63,745 nt of DNA from Hyphochytrium catenoides (lineage: Eukaryota > Protista > Hyphochytriomycota). The notes beneath the pieces are model-generated. The model did not search any database and had not been told where the DNA came from. It saw only the letters and a list, made by a program, of their open reading frames with translations. The stretch lies in assembly GCA_900088475.1 (NCBI GenBank), contig FLMG01001693.1:1-63745 (forward strand), in the 5' to 3' direction. The position numbers and the translations under genes are program-made. The stretch's first letter is position 1. Each line of letters opens with the position of its first letter. Below, piece after piece: positions 1-12,147 of this stretch.

Positions 1-228
1 GAGAGAGAGAGAGAGAAAAGAGAGTGAGAAAGAGAAGGAGAAGAGGGGGTGAGAGAGCGGGAGAGAAGAGAGACGAAAGAGAGAGAAGAGAGACGAAAGA
101 GAACAATGTTGCCTGAAGGCGGCGCAGGAAGCTGGTGGGCATATATACTATGCTCACGACTTTCTCTTGTCCCATTTCTCTCTCCATTTCTCTCTTCTCT
201 CTTTCTTTCATCTACTGTGTCCTATCAG

Positions 229-649
229 GAGAGTACAAGTTCGCTTCTGGCGCCATCTATCAGGTGACACCGCTGAGACTCCTTCCGCCAAAGGGTCTCT
301 CCAGACCGCAGTTCTCTCTTATCTTTCTCCTTCGTCCCCTTCCCTCTCCTTGTCTAACCTGTCCTCCCTCCCCAAATCCTAGTCGCCATTCCTCTGCCCC
401 ACTCTCTCTCTTTCTGTCTCTCTCTCTCTCTCTGTCTCTCCTCCTCCCTCTCCCATCTCTCTCTCCGTTTCGTTCCTCTCTCTCCTCCGCCTCATCATCC
501 ATGAATGTGTGGTGCTTACTTTTCTTCCCCCGGTGCAGGGCTCATTCCAGAAGAATCTCTTCGACGGACAAGGGATCTACAGCTGGCCCGATGGGGCCAA
601 ATATGAAGGAAGCTGGAAAGAAAGCAAGTCGGTGCCTGACTTTACTCTG

Positions 650-684
<35 letters not shown>

Positions 685-1264
685 CCTCTCTCTTTCTTGG
701 TCTTTCCGTCCCACCCAGCTTTCTCTCTGTCTTTAGTTTTCTCTGTTATCTCACTCTGTCTCACGCTGTCTTTCTTTTGTGGTTGCCCTTTTCTTCCATT
801 TATCTCTCCTAATGGCTCTGTTCACTCTCTCTCTCTTTGTCTCTCTAAGTCGTCTCATGATTTTTTGTCTAATGCCTCTTTCTCTTTATTACTTACTCTC
901 TCCTCTCTCCCTTGGTCTGTCTCCCCTCTCCTTTAGCTCTTCTTTTTCTTCTTCTTCTTGTCCGGTTTTCTTTTCTTTCCCTCCCGGTCCAACCACGCTC
1001 GGGACTCTTCTTCTCCAGCACGTCGTCCCCTTTCTCCTGGGGCACACGTCATGCATAATGTGACCTCCTAACTGCCAATGTCTCTTCACCTGACCCTTTA
1101 AACCGTCTTCCTTGTCTCATATCCTCTCTCTCTCTCTCTCTCCCCTGGTCTGTCTTAGGATGCACGGGGCAGGGAGCTATACGAACAGTGAGGGCGTCAA
1201 GTGGGAAGGGCAGTTCTATAATGGACGGTACAATACCGGCCGAGCCTTCGTCAATCTCCGCTAA
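229..1264 (+). CDS. MORN-repeat protein, MORN2-like (5' end outside window or unresolved); exons 229-263, 539-627, 1159-1264
   Basis: Phase-compatible GT-AG exons give GEYKFASGAIYQ|GSFQKNLFDGQGIYSWPDGAKYEGSWKESK|MHGAGSYTNSEGVKWEGQFYNGRYNTGRAFVNLR*. This matches the MORN consensus YxGxWxxxxxHGxGxY. TAA is at 1262-1264. Confidence 0.85.
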
Positions 1265-1600
1265 ATTTCTCTCCTGGCACTTTCTATTCTTGGAAATCGT
1301 CCTTTGTATTCTTTGTCTCTCTCTCTCTCTCCTTCTCTCTCCCTCTCTCAGAGACACACTCACACGCCTTCTCCTCGCTTGCGATACTTCCCATCGGAGA
1401 GAAATGACGCTCAGCGGAGAGTGTCTTCACTCTATTTTTATGCTTTATAAATAAATAATCGTGTTGCACTCTAGGGCTAGGGAACCCTCACAAGTCATAA
1501 CTGTTCCCTGCTTGAACGGTCTCCCTCGTCTGCCGTCATCGTTCTCTCTCTCTCTCTCTTTCCTCTCTCTCTCTCTCTCATCCTGGTAGCGCTTCAAACT

Positions 1601-4600
1601 TTAGTCCTCTACAATCCTAATCTTCCTCCCTGTGTCATCAAGGAGGAGATGGGAAGTATGCCACTCGCTCTCAAGGAGGAGATCTACAAAGCGCTGAGCA
1701 AACGATATTCCCGACGAATCAGCCTCCCTCAGCGCCCTATAGGTTTCCTCTACAAGCTTCAACTGGAGACCTTTCTCGGCGCCATGTTCTCTGTCTCCTG
1801 TCCTTTGGTTCTCTCCGCCTGCCTGCAACCTTCTCTCTAGCAATCGAAGGTGTAAATAACCGCGGAAGATATCCTCGTTCGAAGCTCCTTCCAAGAAGAA
1901 CGCTGTCACCCGCTTCCTCTCGTCCTGTACATCAGAGGGGCAGTGTCTTAAAGTCGTACAGAGGTGGTCCTGACTTGTATCTACTCTTTCTATCTCAGCC
2001 CTCTCTCGCTCTAGAGTCCATCTCTCTTGACCTCACACTGTCTCTTCCCACATCCTTGTCTCTTTCCCGTTCTCTCTGTCCAACGGTCGTGTGCGTATCC
2101 TTCCTCCTGAGTCCGTTTCTCTCTTCCAACATCTTCCTAGGCTGCTACCGCTCTACCCTTCATCGCGGCCTTCTCCCTCTAAGAGTCTGCAGGTGCTTTT
2201 CTCACGAACCAGATGGACTATGTATCGCTCCTTCTGGAGGATTCCTTGATGTAGAGCGAAGAGCTCTGAAGGGCGGATCGCGGACTGAGATAGTGGCGGA
2301 GAAATTTTGGCGCCGGAGCGTGACGGAGAGAAAATTGTCTCCTTACTTGAGACCACGTCCGGAGGACTAACTGTGCCATAGTCGATGTACCCATCGACGA
2401 TAATAAAAAGTCGCTAGACAGAGTGCGGAGAGACGTCAGGGCATCACGGAATGGAAGCAAGCGCTGAGGTGAACTGATAGAATTTTAGAAGCTCTAGAGA
2501 GTTGACAGCTGTATAGAAAGCACCATTAGGTTGATGAGTAGTCTCCCTGGAAAAGAGAGCCAGACAAGGTCTAAGAGAGAAAGAGAGAGAGAGGGAGACA
2601 GAGCTTATAAATTAGGAGGCACATTAACATAGAGAGAGAGACAGCCAAGACGTCGAGAGACAGAGGGAGAACGTGGGAAGGAGCGGCCAAACGTAACAGA
2701 CGCAAATTTACTGGGTTGGAATCCTTACCTGTTGGTTTATAGTGGGAAGCACCACCGCTCCTAGGGACTTGAAGGTACAGGTGAGATGCAAAGCAGAAGA
2801 GAGAAGGAAGGCACAGAGGACGGCGCTAGTGGATGGCCCAATCAAGGGAGAGAGACCAATGCCAATACCGGTACCTGGAGAACATAAGAGCAGAGACTTA
2901 TTATGAAAAAGAAATGGACAGCGTTAGGGATAGAGGTGGAAAGGTAGAGTCATCAAGAAGAGAGAGCGACGACAAGAAACCAAGAAAGGACACTGCACGT
3001 GGTGATCAGCATAAAGCGTTCCGTAGAATGTTCGAGCTGTAGTTACAGCGGAAGAGCTGTGCCTTATGGGACCAAGGATCTAGCCAAAAGTCTGACATGT
3101 CTTTACTAGGAGTTGGCTAACGAAACAGAGCGACAGGCAGACCAACTCGAAGAGTTTGCCCCTTAGAAAGAAGACAGATGATATAAGAGCCAGACGGGAA
3201 TCGGTTATGGTGCGTACCCACGATCGAGGAAACAATGGTCTGAGAGCCAGCCTTGGCCGTCACGTCCGCGAGGTTTTCTTGCTTTAGAAAGGACTGGTGA
3301 ACCGCTGCCCGCGTAGCACTAGCAGATAACCAAGAAACATTCTTTCCTTTGAGGAAGCGATCAGAATGGCGGCATTAGCCGGTGAGAGAAGGAGTTAGCA
3401 AGAGAGATCAGTCCCTATCTTGGGGTCAACAGAAAAGAATGAAGAAATACCGAAGAGCAGAGTGAAAGCCGAGTGTTGAAGCTCACAAGCCCAGTTCAGG
3501 AAGTAAGCGAGGAAAGAAACGTCAAGCAAGCCTAAATCGAGAGAAGAAGTGGCGTGGCCATTGCAAGACAAGCGGTACTTAGGAGACTCATTCAGATCCT
3601 AAACGTACCAACATTGGCAATCGAGGCGATTGGCAGGAAATATGCTGGGAACAGCGGGGAGAGGACTTCTAGCAACGTGGAAAGGTCCAAAGCAATGGCT
3701 GAGAGAGCAAGTGAGACATCAATCTTTCCCTCATTCCTCCTCTCTCTCTTTCACTCTCTCTCTCCCTGTCCCGTCTCTTTTGCACTCCTCCGTCCTTTCA
3801 AAGGGTATGTGGCCGGCGCAAGAACGTCCACTCCTCCTACGCTATCCCAAGCTATGCTACTCTGCCTCAACCATAGTTTCTCCGCGGACCAACCCTGTCC
3901 TTTTCTCTTCAGACCCTAGCTACTTCTTCATCGGACCTTACCTGAGACCATTCTCCATCGCTTCGGATCTGCATCAAAGCGTTGGTTTACGAAGCTGCGA
4001 AAGAAGAAGGTCATCACAAGCGGCAGAAGAGTCATTAGCGCTATCCGCGGTAGCTAGGCACAAAATGCCACGAGAGAAGGTCTTTCCGCTCCACAGAGAC
4101 CGAGGTATAAGGGACCCTCGAGGCCGAAGAGATAGAGGCTTGTCGCTGTCCATGTCCCTTCTTCTGTCCTTCTCGCTTCTTCTTTCCTCATTAAGCACTG
4201 CCTCTCTTTCCGCTATCTGTCTCCCGGCCATTCTCTCCCTATTAGTTTCGCTTCACTTTCTCTCTTTCGCTTCATCTCCTTCTTACTTATGCTCGCTCTC
4301 TCTCGCTCTCTCTCCTCTCCCTGTCCCTCTCCTTCTCCCTTGCGCGTGCAGAAGTCCTCTCACCTTGCGAAGATGACTCCTCCAAACTGTCCGATACCGT
4401 CCTTGATGACCCAGTTTAGCGCCGCTGCCATAGGAATAGCCCCTGCACCGAGGCCGATCGCGTAGAGCAATGACTGCATGGAAAGCACTAGAAAATGAGA
4501 GAGTGAGACAAGGAAACAAGGAAAGACCGGTGGACAACGAGAGAGGGAGAGAGAAATCCAACCTTATGAAGGGGAGACTACGGGCGCAAAAAGAGAAGAG

Positions 4601-5087
4601 GATGCGAGGAAGCTGAGGGGAGAGAGAGAGAAAAGAAGATGCCTAAATATGGGGAGACAAGAACCGTACCCCCGCTAACAGAAGATGCAGTGCTGGCAAT
4701 CATTGTCCATTTGACGTAGGAGCCGTAGGAAGGAGTCACGGATCTTGGATAGCCCTTGGGAAGGAAATGGGAAACAGTATTGGAGAGGAAAGAGGAGACG
4801 TCATGCCCAGAAGAAGCAGAAGGAGAGAGAGAGAAGGGCAGGACAGCGTCCTTCTCTCTCTTTTGCTCTTCCTTCTGTTTATCCAAGACTGGACAGAAGG
4901 TGTCTGTCTCTTTGTCCACCGCGAATTTCAGAGACCTCTTCTTCCCGCCTGCTCCAGCTGTGCCTTCCTGCACCACATAGAAGCTGTATGCACGGCTACG
5001 CAGGCTCTGGAACCCCGCAGAGAGGATTGCAGGTGGAGGAGGAGTCAGAAGAATGCGCCGAGCAGGAGAGCGAGAGAGAGAGAACAT
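1601..5087 (-). CDS. RUS1-family (root UVB sensitive, DUF647) membrane protein, ~8 exons
   Basis: Spliced motifs [88 protein letters not shown] and [13 protein letters not shown] are hallmark DUF647 sequences. Introns are canonical GT-AG. Confidence 0.92.
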
Positions 5088-5349
5088 CCTCGCAGCTGGT
5101 TCTATCTCTCACCGCCCTGCCTTTTCCCTCTTCTTGCCTCCTCGGGCCGTTGTTGCCTCTACAGTGGCAAACTCTTTCTCTCTCTCTCCGGCTTGCTCAC
5201 TCTTCCGACCTCTCCTGACGCCGCCTTCTTCGCTTTTCTCTCCTTGCGGCTTGTTGCTTTGGGCCACCATTGACCTCGGCTGCCTAGGCTGGTGCGAACC
5301 CACCCAAAAAGTTCCTTGATGGTAGTCACAGTCTTCTTTCTGACTCTTC

Positions 5350-5383
5350 TCTTTCTCTCTCTCTCTCTCTCTCTGTGTCTCTG

Positions 5384-5443
<60 letters not shown>

Positions 5444-5470
5444 CCTCTCTCTCTCTCTCCCTCTTCTCTC
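5350..5470. repeat. Compound (CT)n/(CTCTGT)n microsatellite
   Basis: Directly visible dinucleotide and hexanucleotide run upstream of the RUS gene. Confidence 0.95.
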
Positions 5471-6323
5471 TGGGCCACGCGGCCACGCCATCATACCGTC
5501 AACACATATCTTTCTGGCTCCACAGAGCCGCTAACGGCCATCTATACAGCTCCCCCTTGACAACAGATTATGCCAAGGGTTATGCCATATCCAATATAAC
5601 TTATTATTGATGTATGCTATAGAATCTAGATTTATACTAAATATATTTGGCTTGCTACTTCTTGTTGTTGTTGTGTGACCGTTTTTGAAAAGGTGGATTG
5701 AGAGACTTCAGAACCGCTTCTGAGAGAGAGGAACGGACAGAAGGAAGTCATGCCCTTTGTCGCTGTCTCTCTGTCTCTGTCTCTCTCTCTCCCTCCCCTC
5801 TCTCTCTCTGCCCCTCTCTCTCTTATCTGTTTCTCTCTCCTCTCTCTCTCCTTCTCTCCGCTCTGTCGCTTGGCTCTGTCTCTTCATCTCTTCCCCTTTC
5901 ATCTTCCATCTTCCTCCTTGACTCTCTTCCCCTTACTCTCAGTCTGTCCGTCTCTAGGATATATCATGTACGCAGACTGTCAGCCTCAACCATCAGCCTG
6001 CTCTTCTTCCATCGTCCCTCCCAACTATTGCCACCTGCATCTCCGCTCCATGAGCTCCTAGACTCTCAGCACTGACCCTTGAGTGGTGCTTCTCTCTAAT
6101 GTGGGGGCTGCGTGGTGCCAACGGACACACGCTGATAAGTCACATGGCTTTCGGCTTTCAGAGACTCTTCCTTGACAGGCTCTAGCCCAACTCCAGCTTG
6201 TTCGGGATCGGAGCTCTATACCGGATGTCGTCCTTAAAGCTAGACTTCAGCCCTTCCTTCGATTGAGGGAATCGGTCATGGCCCTCGAGTCGTTGTCTCT
6301 GAAAACTGGCAAAGAAAGAGTGT

Positions 6324-9300
6324 ATGCAAGAAAGGGAGAAGATGGCCTGGCCAATGGAGAGACGGGAGCGGATGATTCATGAGATGGAAAGAGAGAGAGG
6401 TGAATCCCGAATAGAAGGTACACTGTGCACTATCTCCCTTCAGTGCCGCTTTCCTCCCCTATGCATAATCTCTTTGCCCGCCTCCATTGTTTAGCTCTTT
6501 TCTTCTCCTTTCAACCTCTTCCCTGTTGTCTGCCCCTCTCCAATCTGCTCTCTCTCTCTCGCTGTCTCTGTTCTTCTCCGCCGTTCCTAACCTCAAGCCC
6601 CGTCTTCAGCTAAGTTTGTTCTCCCGCGGGTCATCATCCTTGTTGCAGCTCTCCTTCTCTCTTCGTACCACTGTCCCTCTGCTCGCTCCTCCTACGTCTG
6701 TCCCCCGTTTCTCTCCCTTCTTTTTCTCTCCAACCTCTTGCTCTTCTTCTCTCTATCTTCACTCTCTGTCAATTTACTTTTTGATTGTTTTAAGCTTCCA
6801 TAACCCTCTGAATCGCCCTCTGTGCTGCAAATGGAATCTTTCTGTTCTTTGTGCCCGATCTCCTCTCCTCTGTCAAGTTTATTTCTTCGCACCATCTTCC
6901 ACAGTCTCTTGTCTCTATCTCGCGCGGGCGGACATTGACTCCTCTGTGTTGCCAGATCCGCTGGTGGTGGAGGAAGCTCGTGCAGCTCTTCAGGCGTTAG
7001 AAGAGAAGCTCCCATCGATAGAGACAGAGCAGGATTTCTATGCACTTCTGACAGAAATAGTAGACAAAAGGAAATCGTGTCCTCCGTCCTCTCCAGCGAG
7101 GGATAGAGAGAGATGGGTCAATTCTCTTTCTTTTGATGAGAGAGTTCGAACAAGAGAGCCACCTGCTAAGGAGAAGAGAGTATGGGAGGAACATGACACA
7201 CGAGAGAGCAGAAGGGAAGAGGATAGAAATAGAGCGATGCCAGCCCACCCTCCTTCTCTTGGTTGGGTCTTCCTCAAGGACCAGGACTCAATGTCTTCCT
7301 CTCCACTCAATCCACCCAAAGACAGAGAAAGAGCCGGAGAGTTTGCCCTGTCACGGACCCAACAAGATGACCGGTTGGGACAGGAGAGAGAGGCGCAGTC
7401 TTCCCGCCCTGGACAACCCTCTTTCTCTTGTCGGCTGCCGAAAGACCGAGCAGGACAAGCATCTCGCCCCTTGAGGAGCGAAGAGAGCGCAAACGCGTCT
7501 CTTGAGCAGCGGGTGGAGTGCGTTGTAGAGTCAATCCAGCGCCAGCTGTCCCTTATGCAGGTGTGCACTCCGACCTCCTTCTTTGATGTCATCTCCTCTC
7601 GACTTTCTCCCCGTCTTTGTTTCTTCTTTCATCTACATGCAGTCGCCATCCGAGTGATTGTCGCTCCACTTTGCTTAGGTTTTGTGAGGGGAGCTCTTCC
7701 TTTGATCTCAAAGTCTGCCTGGTAATATCTCTTTCCTCAGCGGACAAATCTGTCTTTCTTATGCACAGGAAAGACGGAATAAGACTCAGGCCACATACAC
7801 TTCGGCTCTGTCCGAGCTTCAGGAGCAGCTTGTAAAGGGTACCCAAAGAAGCAGGGAGGACGATGTAAGCCAAGAGAAGGGAGATTGATGCTCCAGCCTC
7901 TCTCTTTGACTGCCTTGGCTATCTCTCTCTCTCTCTCTGTTTCCCTATCTTCCCCCCAACCCCCTTCCCTCCCTCTTGCTCTCCTCTTGACATATGTACG
8001 CATAGCTACGCCCACATCATGCATCACGTATTGCTGACCTTGGGCGCTTTCTTCCATCAGTCAATGGCTGTACGGTCCAAGGCTAGGTTTAAAGGCTCTG
8101 AGGGCAGTTATGACACAAAAAAGCGAAGAAAGAAGCCTGTCAAACTTCGAGGAAAGAGAGAGGAGAGAAGTATGGAAGATACTGTCTCTCAGCGATTTGA
8201 CCGACTATTACGGCGTCAGAGAGAGTCTATAGCATCTCCTTTCTCGGAGCAGACGCCGTGGAGTCCGTCGCCCTCTTCCGTTAAGAGCCTGTCTTCGTCC
8301 TCCCCCGTCACTTCTCTTCTCCCCAGGCCCCTCAAGAGTGGGGTTTCCAGAAAGAGGACCGCCAATACGCCGGTGGACAGGAAAATCGGAGCATTATTTC
8401 TGAGAGATAAAACAACTAAGGGAGAAAGGGGAACGTTGGAGAGATCCGAGAAGGTCGACTTGCAACAGGATGCAGAAGAAACTTCTTTGGTATCTGAGCT
8501 CTCAGATTTCTCGTTCTCTCGTGACAATGAGGGAAAAAAGATAGAGGATAGTCATGGGGAGAATGACAAGAGCAAGGTGAACACTGATTTCAACAACTTG
8601 GGAGAGGCAGTAGCTTCGTCTAGGTCCCAGATAAATGAGGAGAGTAAGAGAAAAGGTTCGTCCAGGAGTGCAGGAGAGGAGGAACGACAGATTGGACCAG
8701 AATCTCCTCTCTCAGACCCAGCTCCACCTCACGGCACTATTACTGCAGTGGACGGCGGCCCAAAGCCAGGAAACGTCTCTCAAAAAGAGGAGAATGAGCT
8801 CTTAGATATGTCATTTTCTCTCCCTGTCTCTCTGCCTTTCCACTCTGCCGCCTTACGTATGCCCGTAGATCTAGAAGAGACAGTGGTCTTGAGGTTCTTC
8901 ATCCCACCAGAAGAACCAGTTCATGAGTATAGGGAAGAGGGCAAAGGTGATAAGACAGACGGCGAAAGAAGAGAAGAAACAGAGCAAGTCACCGCTTCAT
9001 CCCCTACCTCGCAAGGGAGGATGTCCAAGAAGGAGCTGCCAACGACTCTTGAAGGAGGACACAATGCCGCTGAAAATCCAAGATCAACGGTTTTCCATCT
9101 AGACGCCAGCGCAGAAGGTAATTTACAAATACATCGCGACCAAGGGGCAAGTGTAGAAGTAGAAGACACTGGAGCCTTCCTGGCATCTCGGCTTACGGCG
9201 GGGGAACCTTGGATGGGGAAGGGAGAGGCGCACGATGCGGAAAAGTGGCCCTCTTACCCAAGAAGTAATGGTCTAGGTAGAGAAGTAAGGATGACGACAG

Positions 9301-9515
9301 TAGATACCCAGCGCCAAAGAGAGAAAGGAGACGGCGCACAAGGACCAAGACATAGAAACCCCGGAGCCGACAGGGAGAAGCAGACAGTGGCAGGAAAACT
9401 AGAAGGAAAGAGAGACGAAGTGCAGGGAAAGGAGCTGTTTGAGCTGGACCTGAGCAGCTTTGATATAGGTAGCCAAACCCTGGAGAGTCGCGGTGGAGAG
9501 CTGAGGATCTGTTAA
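6324..9515 (+). CDS. Hypothetical, largely disordered E/R/S/K-rich protein; exons ~6324-6417, 6956-7560, 7769-7864, 8061-9515
   Basis: Four exons join in compatible phase through GT-AG junctions, including a 1.45-kb stop-free exon. There are short coiled-coil-like stretches (EEARAALQALEEKL; SALSELQEQL). No domain is recognisable, and the start and 3' end are uncertain. Confidence 0.6.
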
Positions 9516-9865
9516 GCGTCTTGGTTTACCTTTCTTTCATGATATTTATAACCAGTCCCTCCCACCGTCTCCTATTCCCAAGATGACATATAAAGAAGGA
9601 AGAGCAGTCCCCGTATGGCTAGGTCACATAATGTATCACTCTCTTGGCTTTCTCTCTCTCTCCTTCACTCTCTCTTCTGGCCATCTCCGCAGAACGTGTG
9701 GCTTTGACAATCCGCTCACTCAGAGTGAAGCAGACTATAACATTCGGATTCTTTGCGCGGTACGAGTCTTGACGTGGAGGTTTTGCAGAAGAACAGCCTA
9801 ACGTCTTGGCCTTCGGGCAATGATCAGCCCGTCCCTACCTCACTATTATGTGACACTACGGGCAT

Positions 9866-10240
9866 TTAGCTCTCCATATTATCGTGGCCGTTGGCCGCGG
9901 GGTCTTTCTCATCTTCCTCCTCTGGAGCTCCTCGCATATGTAGAACGTTGTTGCACCGTATTAGCACTTCGCCCAGGTTAGCGCCAGTGAACTGTCCATT
10001 AACATACTCCTCCGTGTTAGCCAGCTGAAGGTTCATGTAGGAGTCCACAGAGACTAGAAAGCCCTTGTATTCCATGCCCCACTTCAGCTTGACAATCACC
10101 TTCTTGCCTGTGAGCTGCTGCAGGAAGGGTTTGGGATTGACGATAATGCTAGACTGTGGTTGTGAGAACCAACAAGAAGACTGTTAGCTGTGACCAGCCA
10201 AGCATGGACTCTCGTCAAACAGCGGAATCTCTCTTACCAT
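9866..10240 (-). CDS. SNRPF: Small nuclear ribonucleoprotein Sm F; ATG-only first coding exon (10238-10240), intron 10154-10237
   Basis: M|[75 protein letters not shown] is the characteristic SmF sequence with Sm1 and Sm2 motifs. Confidence 0.97.
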
Positions 10241-10658
10241 GATGATTCTAATCAAGGGCTTTGACTCTAGGTTTCCTCAGCTTCAGGGCTTCGGCGTCGA
10301 TAGGGGCCGTTACTCGTCAGCAGCTTATAGCACGAGCTGAATGCGGAAGTCTCAGTGAGAGGCAGTTGGCTGCAGATTTCTGGTCTCTATTTTGAAGCTT
10401 CATCTGAAGCTTCCAAGCTCTCGCGTGCCGGAACCACAAACAGATACAACGCCCAAACAGTGATTACGGAAAGAAATTCTTACAGGGCGAGACTAAGTAG
10501 TGATTAGACCTATCCCATAGTTAAATTATTGTGAATCCTAATAATACTTTGGCGTGATTTCCCTCAGGGCACCGTGGGATGGCTCCTGGGGTAGGTTTGG
10601 AGGTTATTGCGGATCTGAAAATCTTTGAGATGCGTCTGCCTGGACTTTGAAGATCCTG

Positions 10659-11672
10659 TGTAAGGGATGTGAGAAACCCACTCCAGGCATCTACCAGGAC
10701 CCTGGCCGGGAGCTGCTCTAGAGAGTGTCATATCGCGCTAACATAATGCCATTCCGACCTCTCCCCAGCCCTTCCCATCTTACTTACGTGGTGCATTCGC
10801 CGCGCGCGCAGAACTCTGCCAAGACCACAAATCTCTGCGCTCTCCTTTACCTCTCAGCTTCGCTGAACCAAAAGCAAGATGCGTCATAAGAGAAACACAA
10901 ATCGTAATATAAATGGAGCTCAACAACAAGAGCCATCAAACAATACCGAAAGGAATGGGCCAAACACCCCACCACCTGAGGGCACAAGCCCACCAGGCGA
11001 GACTGAAACCAACAACCCGCCTACCAGCGGTTGCACAAGCACCAGCGACCCCGAACTCCACCAATTGCAGCGAGTATCAGATCCTCCAGCAACCTTGGCG
11101 GAAATGAGAAGGGCTCTGCTGACCATTCAGCGAGACAAAGAAGAACTCTCGCAAACACTAGCACACAGAGTCTGTCAGTTTACTGAGCTCTTTGAGCAGA
11201 TGAAAGCTGAAAAGCAAGGCTTACAAGAGAAGCTCAACCAAGCCAATTAACAACCGTCAAACCGTACAGACCAGACAATAAGGCACGACGACCTGCCTCC
11301 CTTCGTGAGTCGGAAGCAGACGATGATGAAGCCAATACGGTGACGTTCATTCTCTTTATTCAAAACTTCAAGGATACCATCAACAATACGCACCCCCACC
11401 TAACAGATAGGTGCGGTACTGTCTGGTCTGTACGGTGGTTTGACGGTTGTTGATTGGCTTGGTTTAGCTTCTCTGCAAGCCTGGGTCTCAGCTTTCATCT
11501 GCTCAAAGAGCTCAGTAAACTGACAGACTCTGTCTGCTAGTGTTTGTGAAGGATCTTCTTTGTCTCGCTGAATAGTCAGCAGAGCCCTTTTCATTTCCGC
11601 CAAGGTTGCTGGAGGATCTGCTTGTCTCGCTGCAATCGGTGGAGTTCGGGGTCACTGGTAGGCGGCCTTACA
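10659..11672 (+). mobile_element. Degenerate LTR-retrotransposon relic (putative short LTR 10659-10788, PBS 10789-10802, disrupted gag from 10879)
   Basis: TGTAAG...CTTACG termini are followed immediately by TGGTGCATTCGCCG, which resembles the complement of a tRNA-Gly 3' end. An intronless A/C-rich ORF encodes a coiled coil. After a TAA and a frameshift it continues as IRHDDLPPF...DDDEANTVTFILFIQNFKDTINNTHPHLTDR, resembling the gag LPxF...F..F...I.....L.D motif. No pol is present. Confidence 0.55.
11017..11665. repeat. Long inverted repeat: arms ~11017-11280 and ~11417-11665, ~136-nt spacer
   Basis: The reverse complement of 11417-11665 aligns to 11017-11280, including the shared exact block CAGAGTCTGTCAGTTTACTGAGCTCTTTGAGCAGATGAAAGCTGA. 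Both strands encode LAEM(R/K)RALLTIQRDKE...RVCQFTELFEQMKAE. Confidence 0.97.
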
Positions 11673-12147
11673 CCTGAGCATAATCGAGACGAGGAACGCA
11701 CCTGAGAGGCAGTCACCTAACAGTGCTGTGACGGCCTGTTAAACGACAGTATCGTACTCCTCAAATGGCCGCCAGAAATGAAGAGGTTGTAAGACGGCCG
11801 TTAAAGATGCGAACTATGACATGGAGGCGGTACTTCCTCATCAAGGACACATTAAGGGGAATTCCGGATGCCGGGCAGCTCATTCGATGACGATCTCAGT
11901 CGACGTTAGCAATGCTAACCCACTTCTGCCACTCTTAACTAAAGACGGCCGAGTACTGAGACAGCGCTCACCTTGGAACCTCGTCTGTAACATGGTAGAG
12001 TAACGGTATATACATTTTTTCTCTTTGTTATGAAAACGAAGCTTTTGTCAAGCTTTGGGCCTGGGCTTTATGTGTTCCCTGCCAGCTTGATCAAGCAAGT
12101 ATTCCATCAAAAGCACTAGCGTTTTTCATCCTATTATCTTTTGCTTT

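Noticed and set aside
135-6075. Many 60-250-aa ORFs rich in SLSL or RERE (also at 43296-43836 and 62877-63119)
   Set aside because: They are translations of (CT/GA)n microsatellites, which lack stop codons. Most lie in introns or antisense to real genes.
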